Source of the DNA: an uncultured Planctomycetota bacterium
GTDB taxonomy: Bacteria > Planctomycetota > Phycisphaerae > Tepidisphaerales > Tepidisphaeraceae
Assembly (NCBI GenBank): GCA_963841915.1
Contig: CAWJEN010000006.1
Span: forward strand, 800,001-864,000
Reading direction: 5' to 3'
DNA length: 64,000 nt
A program made the position numbers and the translations under genes. The notes beneath the pieces were generated by a model, which was not told where the DNA came from, made no database searches, and was given only the letters and a program-made list of their open reading frames with translations. Positions 1-9,851 of this stretch are shown piece after piece. Positions within the stretch are counted from its first letter, which is position 1. Each line of letters starts with the position of its first letter.

Positions 1-1
1 T

Positions 2-1441
2 GAGAGCATCAACGACGCCGTCGATAAGTATATCGGCAGCGACTACCGCTCAAGCGTGCTGGCCGAGTGGGGCCGCAACACGTTCCAAACGCAGCTCGAT
101 CCAGATGACCTCGCCGGCCTCAAGCGTCGTGAGGACGTGGATGACTTGTACCGTCAGAAGGCCAAGAACGACGTCCGCGACACGATCCACTCGACGCTTG
201 GTGAGTTCATGGGCGAAGACTCGAGCGACCCCGAGGGTTGGGACCTTCGCGGCCTGCAGTCGTGGGCGCGCAGCCGGTATGGCGTGGAGATGAGTCAGGA
301 CGAGATCCAGAAGATCGACGCCGACGAACTCGAAGAGCGCCTTTGCGAGTCGTCGTACGAGAAGATCGACCGCATCTCGACCGACGACGTCGAGCCGTAT
401 CTGGTGCCGTTGTATCCGGTCCAGGAGCTGTGCAATTGGGCCAACGAGAAGTTCGCGATCGGCCTCGAACCGGCGGAGCTGTTGCTGGATGTCGAGCGGG
501 CGATCAGCCGCCCGCCGGCCGAGATCATCGAGATCATCGAAAAGCGGGCCCGCGACGCTTATCGCAAACGTGAGATCGAGTTCCCGGTCGACCACACGCT
601 GGCCCTCGTCGCCCCGCAGAGCGAAGTCGTGGACAACGAGCAGGCGGCCCACTACCTCACGCAGTGGGCGCGGGCCAAGTTTGCGATGGATCTGCCGATG
701 AGCGAGGTGCAGGGCGAGCGGGTGCGGACGCTGCGCGATCGCCTGTTGCCTGCCCAGGCTTCATTCCTCGATGACGACACGAAGATCAGCGAGGCCGTCG
801 ATGCCATCATTGCTGAAGGTGGCGAAGATCAGCACAAGCTCGCCGCCGCGTATGCCAAACGGTTCGGCATTCCGATCGACCCCATTGAGCTTGACCCGGC
901 CCGTCTGAGCGAAAGCGTCAAGGGCACGAAAGAACGCGACGTCGACGGCGACGGCTCGATCGATCAGCGTGACATCCTCATGCGGCGCGGCCGGTACGCG
1001 ATCCGCAAGGAGCTGACCGATCTCGAGCAGTTCGTGCTCATTAACATCTTCGACCAGGCGTGGAAGGATCACCTCTACGCGATGGACGTGCTTAAGGGCG
1101 GCATCGGCATGCAGGCTTTTGCAGAGCGTGACCCGCGGATAGCCTACAAGCGTGAGGGTTACCGCTACTTCCGCCAGATGATGGAGGAGGTGCGCGACCG
1201 CGTGACCGACTTGATCTTCCGCGTGCAGGTCCAGGGCCAGCGTGCTCCGGAACCCAAAGACGCCTACGGCCAAGGTACCGCAGTACACGCTGAGGTCGAT
1301 GAGAACGCGGCTGCGTTCGGCGAAGCCGAGGCGGCGGCGCAACCTGCCCCAACTCCCGCCGCAGCCGAGGAATCATCGCCCGAGTCGGGCGCTAAACGTC
1401 AGCCGAAGAAGGACCGCAACCAGAAGGGCAAGCGAAGGTAG
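2..1441 (+). CDS. secA: Preprotein translocase SecA, C-terminal part (5' truncated by window edge)
   Basis: Frame is open from the window start; C-terminal SecA motif DQAWKDHLYAMDVLKGGIGMQAFAERDPRIAYKREGYRYF. Confidence 0.93.
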   Translation, partial: ESINDAVDKYIGSDYRSSVLAEWGRNTFQTQLDPDDLAGLKRREDVDDLYRQKAKNDVRDTIHSTLGEFMGEDSSDPEGWDLRGLQSWARSRYGVEMSQDEIQKIDADELEERLCESSYEKIDRISTDDVEPYLVPLYPVQELCNWANEKFAIGLEPAELLLDVERAISRPPAEIIEIIEKRARDAYRKREIEFPVDHTLALVAPQSEVVDNEQAAHYLTQWARAKFAMDLPMSEVQGERVRTLRDRLLPAQASFLDDDTKISEAVDAIIAEGGEDQHKLAAAYAKRFGIPIDPIELDPARLSESVKGTKERDVDGDGSIDQRDILMRRGRYAIRKELTDLEQFVLINIFDQAWKDHLYAMDVLKGGIGMQAFAERDPRIAYKREGYRYFRQMMEEVRDRVTDLIFRVQVQGQRAPEPKDAYGQGTAVHAEVDENAAAFGEAEAAAQPAPTPAAAEESSPESGAKRQPKKDRNQKGKRR

Positions 1442-1528
1442 GCAAAGCGTGCGATGGCAGCGGCGGTACGCCGTGGCCGACTCCATGAGCATGCGACAAA
1501 CGACGATGCTTCGACTGGAGCTTGTTCT

Positions 1529-2920
1529 ATGGGAAGCCTCCATTCTGCCACCGTCAACGATGTCCACTCTCGGCTGAACAAGACGTGCGTTGCCGGGATC
1601 TTCCGGCCCGCGTCGTTAGACGAACTGATCGACCGCGTCCGGCAGCACTGGCAAAACGGACGGTCGTTATGCATCAGCGGCGGCCGGCACGCGATGGGTG
1701 GGCAGCAGTTTGCCTCTGATCACCTGTTGCTCGACACGCGGGATCTCGATCGGCTCGACTTCCTGGACCCGACAGAGGGCACAGCCACCTTTGAAGCCGG
1801 AGCGCAGTGGCCCGGGGTAATACGACAGCTTCATGCCGCCCAGCCGGAGGAGATTCGCTGGAGTATTCGCCAGAAGCAAACAGGTGCTGATGACCTCACC
1901 CTCGGCGGCGCAGTCTCAGCCAACGTGCACGGGCGAGGCCTGCTCATGGCTCCGATTGTCGAAGATGTCGAGTCGCTCGACGTGCTGTGCACGGACGGCG
2001 AGGTGCGAACCTGCAGCCGCAACGACAACGCGACGCTGTTTTCACTCATCGTCGGCGGCTACGGCCTGTTCGGTGTCATCCTCAAGGTGACGCTCCGTCT
2101 AGCTGCTCGGCAGTTGTTGACAAGGCGGGTCGACGTTCTTGATGTCGACGATGCACTGTCTGCTGTGCGACGTCGCGCTGACGAAGGGTGTATCTACGGC
2201 GACTTCCAATATGCCATTGCTCCCAATGATCGCGACTTCCTTCGCCGCGGTGTCTGCGCCTGCTACGCGCCTGCCGAGACCGGCGACGCGACTGAACAGC
2301 GGTCACTGACAGGCGATGATTGGGCGAGCTTGATGTCACTGGCGGCGACGGACAAGCCCAAAGCCTTCGCTGCCTACGCACAACATTACCTCGCGACACA
2401 CGGACAGACCTACTGGTCCGACGAGATGCAGCTCAGCGCGTACCTGCCGAGCTACGACCAATTCTTACGTAGGAACAACGAGGGTCCGGAAGCAACGTTG
2501 ATGATCGGCGAGCAGTACGTGCCGCCGGAGACACTGCTCGACTTCCTTGAAGATGCTCGCTCCGTACTGCGGAAGACGCAGGCCGAGGACTTCTACGGAA
2601 CAATCCGCACGATTCAGCCTGACACGGAGACGGTGCTGCCGTGGGCCCGAGAGCACTTTGCATGCATTATCTTCAACCTTCACACGACTCACGATAACGC
2701 TGGAGTTGATCGGTCGGCGGCAGCGTTTCGTGCCCTCAACGATGCCTCTCTTGCGTGGGGCGGCAGCTTCTTTTTGACCTACCACCGATGGTCGACGCGA
2801 GAGCAAATCGAGGCCGCATATCCGCGGTTCGGCGAGTTCTTACAGCACAAGCTCGCACACGATCCGTCCGGTCTCATCACGAGTGACTGGCACCGACATC
2901 ATGTCGAGCTGTTCGCTTGA
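1529..2920 (+). CDS. FAD-binding oxidoreductase (VAO/PCMH-type, DprE1-like)
   Basis: GGRHAMGGQQF, TLGGAVSANVHGRG and GGYGLFGVI motifs; ATG 1529 preceded by GGAG. Confidence 0.8.
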   Translation: MGSLHSATVNDVHSRLNKTCVAGIFRPASLDELIDRVRQHWQNGRSLCISGGRHAMGGQQFASDHLLLDTRDLDRLDFLDPTEGTATFEAGAQWPGVIRQLHAAQPEEIRWSIRQKQTGADDLTLGGAVSANVHGRGLLMAPIVEDVESLDVLCTDGEVRTCSRNDNATLFSLIVGGYGLFGVILKVTLRLAARQLLTRRVDVLDVDDALSAVRRRADEGCIYGDFQYAIAPNDRDFLRRGVCACYAPAETGDATEQRSLTGDDWASLMSLAATDKPKAFAAYAQHYLATHGQTYWSDEMQLSAYLPSYDQFLRRNNEGPEATLMIGEQYVPPETLLDFLEDARSVLRKTQAEDFYGTIRTIQPDTETVLPWAREHFACIIFNLHTTHDNAGVDRSAAAFRALNDASLAWGGSFFLTYHRWSTREQIEAAYPRFGEFLQHKLAHDPSGLITSDWHRHHVELFA

Positions 2921-2923
2921 GCA

Positions 2924-4516
2924 TCATTCAAGACCATAATGAAGCCATCGACGATTAATGAGTTGCTCGGTCACCTTATCAAACGTCAGCTCGTCAGGCC
3001 AATGGCGGACAACGCTGTCGCCGGCTTCTTCGGGAAGCTTTCGCGTCGCGTCGAAGCCCATCTTGCTACCGACGCCGAGGCCGGGTGAAGCGTGGTCGAG
3101 AATGTCCACGGGGCCGGTGACGGTCTCCGCGTCTCGCTTGGGATCGCAATTGGCGAACAGGTGAAACAGCACCGCCTGCTCGTCGTGTACGTCGACGTCT
3201 TCATCGACGACGACGATGAACTTCGTGAACGACATCTGCCCCGCGCCCCAGATGGCGTGCATGACCCGCCGGGCCTGAAACGCGTACTCCTTCTTGATCT
3301 GTACGTAGACGCAGTTGTGGAAGCAGCCGGCCATCGGCAGCGAGTAGTCGATGATGTCCGGCACGATCGTCTTGAGCAGGGGCAAAAAGACCCGCTCGGT
3401 CGCCTTGCCCATGAAGTAATCCTCCATGGGCGGCTTGCCAACGATCGTCGTCGGGTAGATCGCGTCGCTCCTTTGTGTCACTGCCGTCACGTCCAGCCGC
3501 GGGTATCGATCGGCGAGCGAGTAGAAGCCGGTGTGGTCACCGAATGGACCTTCGAGCAGCGTCTCCGTCGGGTGGACGAATGCTTCGATGACGAGCTCCG
3601 CCTCGGCCGGGACTTGCAGGTCGACCGTCTTGCACTGGACCATCTCGATCCGCTTGCGGTTCATGAAGGAGGCGAAGGCAATCTCCGGGATGCCGGGCGG
3701 CAGCGGGGCGGTCGCGGCGTATGGCATCACGCTGGGCCCGCCTAGCACGACGGCGACCGGCATCGGCTCACCGCGCTTCTGCCAGGCGCGGAAATGGCGG
3801 GCGCCGTCGTGGTGCAAATGCCAGTGCATGGCACAGGTCTTCTTGTCGAAGAGCTGCACGCGGTACATGCCGATGTTTTTGTCGCCGGTTTCGGGGTGCG
3901 TGGTGTAGATCCCGCCGAGCGTGATGTACCGGCCGGTGCGAGGCCGCTGCTTGGCCTGCGGAATCTCGGCCGTGCGATGACCGAAGACCTGCCCGCTGTC
4001 GAGATCGCCGTCGCTGGGCCAGCACTGCAGGATTGGCAATTGCATCAAGTCGATCTGCTCACCCGTTCGCACGACCTCCTGACAAGCGGCGTCTTTGACC
4101 CGCTTTGGCAGCAAAGCCGACAGGTCACCGACCATCTCCTTGCCAAGCTTGAACTTTTCGAACAGCGTCGCCGGCAACTGCGGCTTGACGAACTTCTCGA
4201 CTCGGTCGGCCAGATCCTCGAGCGTTGGCGTTCCCAGCGCCCAACAGATGCGGGCGTAGCTGCCCATCGTGTTGATCGCGACTGGCATGTCGCTGCCGAC
4301 CGGTTGATCGAATAGAAGTGCTCGACCACCCTTGTCGGCGTGGACGTGCTTGTCCCGCTCGCGGTGCGGCGTCGGGGCCGGCGACTTCATCACGCGATCC
4401 GATACGGCTGCAATCTCCAGCACCGGATCGACGGGGACCTTGACCCGCCGAAGTTCGTCCCGCTCGCCCAGGAAGCTGATAAACGACCGCAGATTTGGGA
4501 AGGGGCCGTCGCTCAT
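2924..4516 (-). CDS. UbiD-family (prFMN) decarboxylase, probably menaquinone/futalosine pathway
   Basis: NIGMYRVQ, EGPFGDHTGFYS, GKPPMED, GPVDILDHAS, SKMGFDATRK. Confidence 0.9.
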   Translation of the reverse strand: MSDGPFPNLRSFISFLGERDELRRVKVPVDPVLEIAAVSDRVMKSPAPTPHRERDKHVHADKGGRALLFDQPVGSDMPVAINTMGSYARICWALGTPTLEDLADRVEKFVKPQLPATLFEKFKLGKEMVGDLSALLPKRVKDAACQEVVRTGEQIDLMQLPILQCWPSDGDLDSGQVFGHRTAEIPQAKQRPRTGRYITLGGIYTTHPETGDKNIGMYRVQLFDKKTCAMHWHLHHDGARHFRAWQKRGEPMPVAVVLGGPSVMPYAATAPLPPGIPEIAFASFMNRKRIEMVQCKTVDLQVPAEAELVIEAFVHPTETLLEGPFGDHTGFYSLADRYPRLDVTAVTQRSDAIYPTTIVGKPPMEDYFMGKATERVFLPLLKTIVPDIIDYSLPMAGCFHNCVYVQIKKEYAFQARRVMHAIWGAGQMSFTKFIVVVDEDVDVHDEQAVLFHLFANCDPKRDAETVTGPVDILDHASPGLGVGSKMGFDATRKLPEEAGDSVVRHWPDELTFDKVTEQLINRRWLHYGLE

Positions 4517-4544
4517 GCGGCGAGTTTAGGAGGCGGGCCAACGG

Positions 4545-4931
4545 CTACTTTCGTTTCGCTGCAGCCTTTTGCAGGAGGGCGAAGTTGCGACGATTTGACT
4601 TAAAAGCGAGGTCGCCCAGATCGCCCAGCAGCGGGATCAGCCCGACGAGCAGGTCGAGGCCGATGTTGCCGAGCATGCGGACGATGATCCACGCGCCGAG
4701 TCTGTGGCGCCCGGCGAGGTACACGGGATAGAGCGACAGAGTCGCCGTGGCGACGTCTCCGACGACGGGGACGAGTCCGATGATCGAGTCGAAGCCGAAC
4801 TTGATGCCGCCGAGGCTGTACTTGCTGTCGAGCCACGTGCCGAGCTTGTCGGCGATGGCTAGATCGCGTTCAAAGTCTGAGCGTGGGCCGGAGGCTGGGC
4901 GAACATCAACGCGAGTGGTCGGGGCAGACAT
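4545..4931 (-). CDS. DUF4112-like membrane protein
   Basis: LD...GIKFGFDSIIGLVPVVGD...RMLGNIGLDLLVGLIPLLGD..D.AFKSN pattern. Confidence 0.8.
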   Translation of the reverse strand: MSAPTTRVDVRPASGPRSDFERDLAIADKLGTWLDSKYSLGGIKFGFDSIIGLVPVVGDVATATLSLYPVYLAGRHRLGAWIIVRMLGNIGLDLLVGLIPLLGDLGDLAFKSNRRNFALLQKAAAKRK

Positions 4932-4990
4932 GAGACGATGGCACCGTACCGCGTTGTTAGCCGACGGTGGAACCCCGATGCCGTGAGTCG

Positions 4991-5767
4991 CTACTGCGGA
5001 AGCTTGAGTTCCATGCCGACCTGCAGCGTGCCCGGATCGTCGCCGATGGCCTCGCGGTTGAGGTCGTAGATCTCTTGCCACAGCGCACTACGGCCGAGAC
5101 GTTCGGCGGCAATGTCGCTGAGCGTTTGGCCGCCGCGGACGGTGTGCGTGCGGGCGTCTGCGTTGACCTTGGGCAGGCCAACGGGGTCACCGGCCGCATC
5201 GAGGGCCGGCACGATGACGGTGTCACCGATAGACAGACGGCGGGGGTCGAGCTTCGGATTGGCGCGGGTGATGATGTCGAAGAGGTCGCCGTTGTCGTAG
5301 TACCGCTTGGCAATAGTGACGAAGTTGTCGCCGCTGGCGACGGTGTGCGTTTGGGCAGCGACGTCGAATACGCGATCAGGCGAGGCGTCAGCAGACGGAG
5401 CGTTTCCGGCGGCAATGTCTGCGGCGACGTCGCCGATGGGGCGCGTGTCGCGGCCGGTGGCGTAGTCGGCATTACGCCATGTCGGTTCGGCAGCGGGAAT
5501 CTGAAGCTCGTCTGGCCACGCTTCTTCGCCTAGCACGTCCTGCTCGCTCACGGGCGACACGACCTCCGCCGTCGGCTCTGTCACGCGAGGCGACCAGGCA
5601 GCCAGAGGGTCAGCATTGTCCATCGGCTCGGCGGCGGCAATGTCTGTGGTTTCAGGTTCGCCCTCACCGCCGGAGAAGGCGAGCACGCCCACATAGGCGA
5701 AGCCGGCGACGGCCAAAGCGGCAACCGCCCAAGCGGCTAGACGAACGTCTTTACGAAGTAAGGCCAT
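4991..5767 (-). CDS. Membrane-anchored protein with two LysM domains
   Basis: N-terminal TM helix; HTVASGDNFVTIAKRYY and HTVRGGQTLSDIAAERLG LysM repeats. Confidence 0.88.
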   Translation of the reverse strand: MALLRKDVRLAAWAVAALAVAGFAYVGVLAFSGGEGEPETTDIAAAEPMDNADPLAAWSPRVTEPTAEVVSPVSEQDVLGEEAWPDELQIPAAEPTWRNADYATGRDTRPIGDVAADIAAGNAPSADASPDRVFDVAAQTHTVASGDNFVTIAKRYYDNGDLFDIITRANPKLDPRRLSIGDTVIVPALDAAGDPVGLPKVNADARTHTVRGGQTLSDIAAERLGRSALWQEIYDLNREAIGDDPGTLQVGMELKLPQ

Positions 5768-5900
5768 GATCTAGGGCTTCCTTTCCCTCGGGAACTCGAA
5801 CGTGATGGCGGCGTCCTGCCACCTGATAGACCGACAGTTTATCGACACGTCGCCGCGCCACAAGGGGCGAAGCCGGCAGAAATCGCCGCGGGCCCAACCC

Positions 5901-8900
5901 TCACGCCGTTGCCACGGACGAGGTCGCCGGTGCAGGCGACTCTTCCTCGTCGTTCCTAGGCCCGACAAGCAGCAGCGGGCTTGCGATGGCGATCGAGCTG
6001 TACGTACCTGTGATGATGCCCACGAGCATGGCAAAGGTAAACCCGTGGATACCCGGGCCGCCGAATGCATACATGACGAAGATCGTCACGAGCGTCGTAC
6101 CACCGGTGAGCAGGGTTCTGCTCAGCGTCTGGTTGATCGAGTCGTTGATCACCTTGTGCGTCAGCGTTCCGTACTTGCCGCGATTCTCGCGGATGCGGTC
6201 AAAGACGACCACGGTGTCGTTCATGCTGAAGCCCATCACCGTCAGGATGGCTGCGACCATAGTGAGGTTCAGCCTGAACGGATCGAGCAGGAAGGCATCA
6301 CCGATGAAGGTTTCGGCCAGCAGGTGGGCGTAGCCGATGCCGGCGAGGACGAACAGCGTGTCGTGGGCGAGGGCGACGACGGTGGCCGTTGAGTACTTGA
6401 GGTCGCCGAAGCGGAGCCAGATGTAGCCCATGATCGCAAGCACGCTCAGGATGACGGCCAAGGCGGCATCTCGCTTAAATTCACCGGCAACTTGTGCGCC
6501 GATCTTCGTCACGCGTTCGAGTTCTTCGGGCTCGGCAACGGCATCGACGACCATCTGCCACGCCGGGGCAGCAAGCTCTGTGTTGAACGCCCGCTCGAGA
6601 TCGGGGTCTTCGTCGTAGCCATACCGCTCGTTGGCGACGAAAACAACGGCTGCGTCTTCACCGGCGAATGTCTCGACGTCGATATTGACGCCGCCTCGCA
6701 AGCCTTGGGCGTTGTACTGGCCCTTAAGCCGCTGGCCGACGATGCGGTCGCGCAACTCGGTCTGGCTCGGCATCGGCTCGAGATTCCGCAGCACGATCGC
6801 GATGCCGCCCTCGTTGGCAGCGATAAGTCGCTCTTCAACGGGTAGGCCGATGGCGACATCCGCGTTGTCGTCGACAGGCACAGCCGCTGTGCCGGCCACT
6901 GACTCGTAGGGCTGGTCGTAGCCGTTGAAGGTGCTCGGTTGTCGCGAATCAATTCGTTCGCCCAGGCGAGCAAGAATGGCCGCTGTGACTTCGGCGTCAT
7001 CCGTATTGTTCGTGACGATTTCGTACTTCGTGTTGTCCGCAGTGCCTGCGCTGGGCTCGATGCTCACGACCTGCAGGCCGGTCAACGCATCGGTCGCCTC
7101 GCTACGGCCGAGAGCTTCGCGCACGTCGGCCGTCGACATCGGGTCCTTCAGGTTGAAGACCGCCGTCGTGCCACCGGCAAACTCCGTGTCGAGCACGCGA
7201 CCCTTGGCAAAGTAGACGCCGAAGAGGATGCAGCCGATCAGAATGATGATGCCGGATACGCCGCCGAACAGCCACGCCCGCTTCATCCAGTCGATGTCGG
7301 GCGTGAGGAATTTGTTCCACTTCGGGAAGGTCCGCGGCAGGCTTGACAGGTCCTTGAGGTCGAGCTTGTCGACGAGCAGGCCGAAGATCGTCTTCGTGAC
7401 GAACAGGGCCGTAAAGAGCGAGGCAAAGATGCCGATCAGCAGCGTCAGGCCGAAGCCCTTGACCTCTTCGGAGCCGAACACGTAGAGGATCAACGCCGTG
7501 ATGCCGGTCGTAATGTTCGAGTCGAGAATGGCCGACAACGCGCGGTCGTAGCCGTTCCGCAGGGCCATCCGCAGGCTCAGGCCACGGGCCTGCTCTTCAC
7601 GAAGCCGTTCAAAGATGAGGACGTTTGCATCGACGCTCATGCCGAGCGACAGAATGATGCCAGCCACACTCGGCAGCGTGAACGTCGCCTGCAACGCAGC
7701 CATGCTCGCCAGGATGATGAGCATGTTCATCAGCACCGCCCCGAAGGCGACCGTGCCGGCGAGGTAGTAGTAACCGATGAGGAACACACCGACGATGACC
7801 AGGCCGGCGATGCTGGCGCTGAAGCCGGCCCGCAGGTTGTCCTTGCCAAGCTGCGGCCCGATCGTCCGTTCGCTGATCGGCTCGTCGCTCAGGCGTGCAG
7901 GCAGGGCACCGGCATTAAGCGTGTTGACGAGATAGGCCTGCTCGTCAGCGGCAAATCCGCCGCGGCCACCGGTGATCTGGCCCTGGCTGGAGATGCGGCC
8001 CTGCAACGTCGGCGCACTGATCACGCGGTCGTCGAGCACGATGGCCAGAGGTCGACCGATGTTTGAGCCGCTGAGGTCGCCGAACAGGGCGGCTCCTGCT
8101 GCGTCGAGCGTGAAGCCGATGGCGTTGCCGCCGCGTTCGTCTTGGCTGCGGCGGGCCTGCTCCAGACCCCACTCACCGTCGCGTTGGTCAAGCGTCTTGG
8201 GTTCCGTGTTCCACGCAAGCACGTAGGTCTTGCCGTCGGGCCCGACGCGTGTCATGTTCGGGCTGAGCGTGGCACCGTCTTCGGCCTCGATCCAGCGAAA
8301 ATCGTCACCAGCGGCAGGGCGTGCACCGACGCGGGCGAGCTCGGCAGCTTTCTGCTCGAATATCTCAGGCGTCAGGCCGTCGTCGAAGCCGGAGGCACCG
8401 CTGTCGCTCACGACGAACGGCAGGATGTTGAACTGCAACACGCCACTGCCTTGCAGCAGACGCTTGAGCGTGGCAGTGTCGGCGATCTTGTCGCGAAGAG
8501 ACGCGTATTGCTCGGCTGCGGCGAGGTAGTCCTCAATGGCTTTGGCACGCTTGGCATCGTCGCCGTTCAGCGCCATGATCGCGTCGAGCCGCTCTTGGCG
8601 AACATCTGGCTCGAGCGTTGAAACTGTCTCGACCTGCTCCACCGTGATGTTCGTGTCACGCAGATCCTGCTTGGCCTGCTCGTACGCAGCCTCTGCGTCT
8701 GCGATACGAATGACCACACCTGACGAGCGGGCGGCCTCCAGTGCGTCGAAAGCTTGCGCAGCCTGCTCGTAAGTAGCCAGTCGCGTCTGGCTGCCTGCCA
8801 ATTCGGACAAGCGTTCAGTGCGATCGGCATCTTCGTACTGCTCGATGACGCCGACGACCTGGTCGGGCCGTACGACGAGATCCGTCAGCGACTGCTGGGC

Positions 8901-9290
8901 GGCCTGATAGGCGCTGCGTGCTTCGTCCGCTTGAGCCGAATCACCGGAGAGAGGCAATTGAATTTCGAGCCGTTCGTCGCCTTGTGGCCGCCAAACGAGG
9001 TTCAGGACGCCTTGCGGGTCGACGCGACGCTTGAGGGCGCTGGCGACCTGCTGCGAGAGCGATTCACCACCCGCGCCACGAGGCGGGGCGTCGGCAGGGC
9101 GTTCGATCTCGTAGACGAGGCTTGTCCCGCCGACCATGTCGATGCCGGGACGAAGGTTGACCTCCATACTGACCGGCTCGTCGATGGCGAGCTGAAAGAC
9201 GCTGAACGCCGCCTTGGGGTAGACGCAGCACAACGCGCCGTAAAGGACGGCGAGGATGAGCAGGACGCGGCCGGTGTAGGCGTTGGGCAT
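5901..9290 (-). CDS. secDF: Fused protein translocase subunit SecDF
   Basis: PGIDMVGGTSLVYE, AIVLDD.VISAP, GMSVDANVLIFER, EFAGGT, NDTVVVFDRIRE, NQTLSRT; downstream of yajC. Confidence 0.95.
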   Translation of the reverse strand: MPNAYTGRVLLILAVLYGALCCVYPKAAFSVFQLAIDEPVSMEVNLRPGIDMVGGTSLVYEIERPADAPPRGAGGESLSQQVASALKRRVDPQGVLNLVWRPQGDERLEIQLPLSGDSAQADEARSAYQAAQQSLTDLVVRPDQVVGVIEQYEDADRTERLSELAGSQTRLATYEQAAQAFDALEAARSSGVVIRIADAEAAYEQAKQDLRDTNITVEQVETVSTLEPDVRQERLDAIMALNGDDAKRAKAIEDYLAAAEQYASLRDKIADTATLKRLLQGSGVLQFNILPFVVSDSGASGFDDGLTPEIFEQKAAELARVGARPAAGDDFRWIEAEDGATLSPNMTRVGPDGKTYVLAWNTEPKTLDQRDGEWGLEQARRSQDERGGNAIGFTLDAAGAALFGDLSGSNIGRPLAIVLDDRVISAPTLQGRISSQGQITGGRGGFAADEQAYLVNTLNAGALPARLSDEPISERTIGPQLGKDNLRAGFSASIAGLVIVGVFLIGYYYLAGTVAFGAVLMNMLIILASMAALQATFTLPSVAGIILSLGMSVDANVLIFERLREEQARGLSLRMALRNGYDRALSAILDSNITTGITALILYVFGSEEVKGFGLTLLIGIFASLFTALFVTKTIFGLLVDKLDLKDLSSLPRTFPKWNKFLTPDIDWMKRAWLFGGVSGIIILIGCILFGVYFAKGRVLDTEFAGGTTAVFNLKDPMSTADVREALGRSEATDALTGLQVVSIEPSAGTADNTKYEIVTNNTDDAEVTAAILARLGERIDSRQPSTFNGYDQPYESVAGTAAVPVDDNADVAIGLPVEERLIAANEGGIAIVLRNLEPMPSQTELRDRIVGQRLKGQYNAQGLRGGVNIDVETFAGEDAAVVFVANERYGYDEDPDLERAFNTELAAPAWQMVVDAVAEPEELERVTKIGAQVAGEFKRDAALAVILSVLAIMGYIWLRFGDLKYSTATVVALAHDTLFVLAGIGYAHLLAETFIGDAFLLDPFRLNLTMVAAILTVMGFSMNDTVVVFDRIRENRGKYGTLTHKVINDSINQTLSRTLLTGGTTLVTIFVMYAFGGPGIHGFTFAMLVGIITGTYSSIAIASPLLLVGPRNDEEESPAPATSSVATA

Positions 9291-9451
9291 GGCAGACGGT
9301 CTAAGCGCAACCCATGGCCGGGCCACGGGACGGGCAGCTTAGGGCACAGAACCCGGCGGTGCCGTATGACGCTGATGATGGGCACAACCGTCTTGCTGAC
9401 GCAGGTGCATTAAACTCGGTTCTAAAGTGCAACCGGTCACTCCACAATCTC

Positions 9452-9477
9452 GGCCAAGCCACTTCAGTGGCTTGGCC
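9452..9477. repeat. Intergenic hairpin GGCCAAGCCAC-TTCA-GTGGCTTGGCC (REP-like; core recurs at 44931)
   Basis: Perfect 11-bp stem between yajC and secDF; core AAGCCACTTCAGTGGC repeated at 44931-44946. Confidence 0.55.
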
Positions 9478-9509
9478 CGACGAACAATTTCGAACGTCCC
9501 AACTCTCTA

Positions 9510-9851
9510 CTAATCCGCCGCAAGCGAGCTCTTTGGCTCGATCGTGGCCAGGGCCGACTTCTGAAAGCGGAGCTTCGTGTTCGTCGATTCGTCGACCTTC
9601 ACCGTGACCGCATCGTCGCTGACGTTCGTCACCGTGCCGAGGATGCCGCCGATCGTGACAACCTTGTCGCCCTTGGCTACAGCGTTGATCATTCGCTGCT
9701 GCTCCTTCTGCTTCTTTCGCTGCGGGGCGATGAGGATCAGGTAGAACAGCACGCCGATGAACAGCAGCGGGGCGTATCTGTCGATCGTCGCATACCACGA
9801 CGGGGCAGGCTGCGGGGCGGCCTGGGCAAGAACTATGAGAATCGTGTCCAT
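9510..9851 (-). CDS. yajC: Preprotein translocase subunit YajC
   Basis: FYLILIAPQRKKQKE, KGDKVVTIGGILGTV; TGATG overlap with tgt stop. Confidence 0.93.
   Translation of the reverse strand: MDTILIVLAQAAPQPAPSWYATIDRYAPLLFIGVLFYLILIAPQRKKQKEQQRMINAVAKGDKVVTIGGILGTVTNVSDDAVTVKVDESTNTKLRFQKSALATIEPKSSLAAD

Noticed and set aside
8207..8221. TGTTCCACG half-site in secDF (and CGTGGAAC near 57011) as extra parS sites
   Set aside because: Only one arm matches, and both lie in coding sequence
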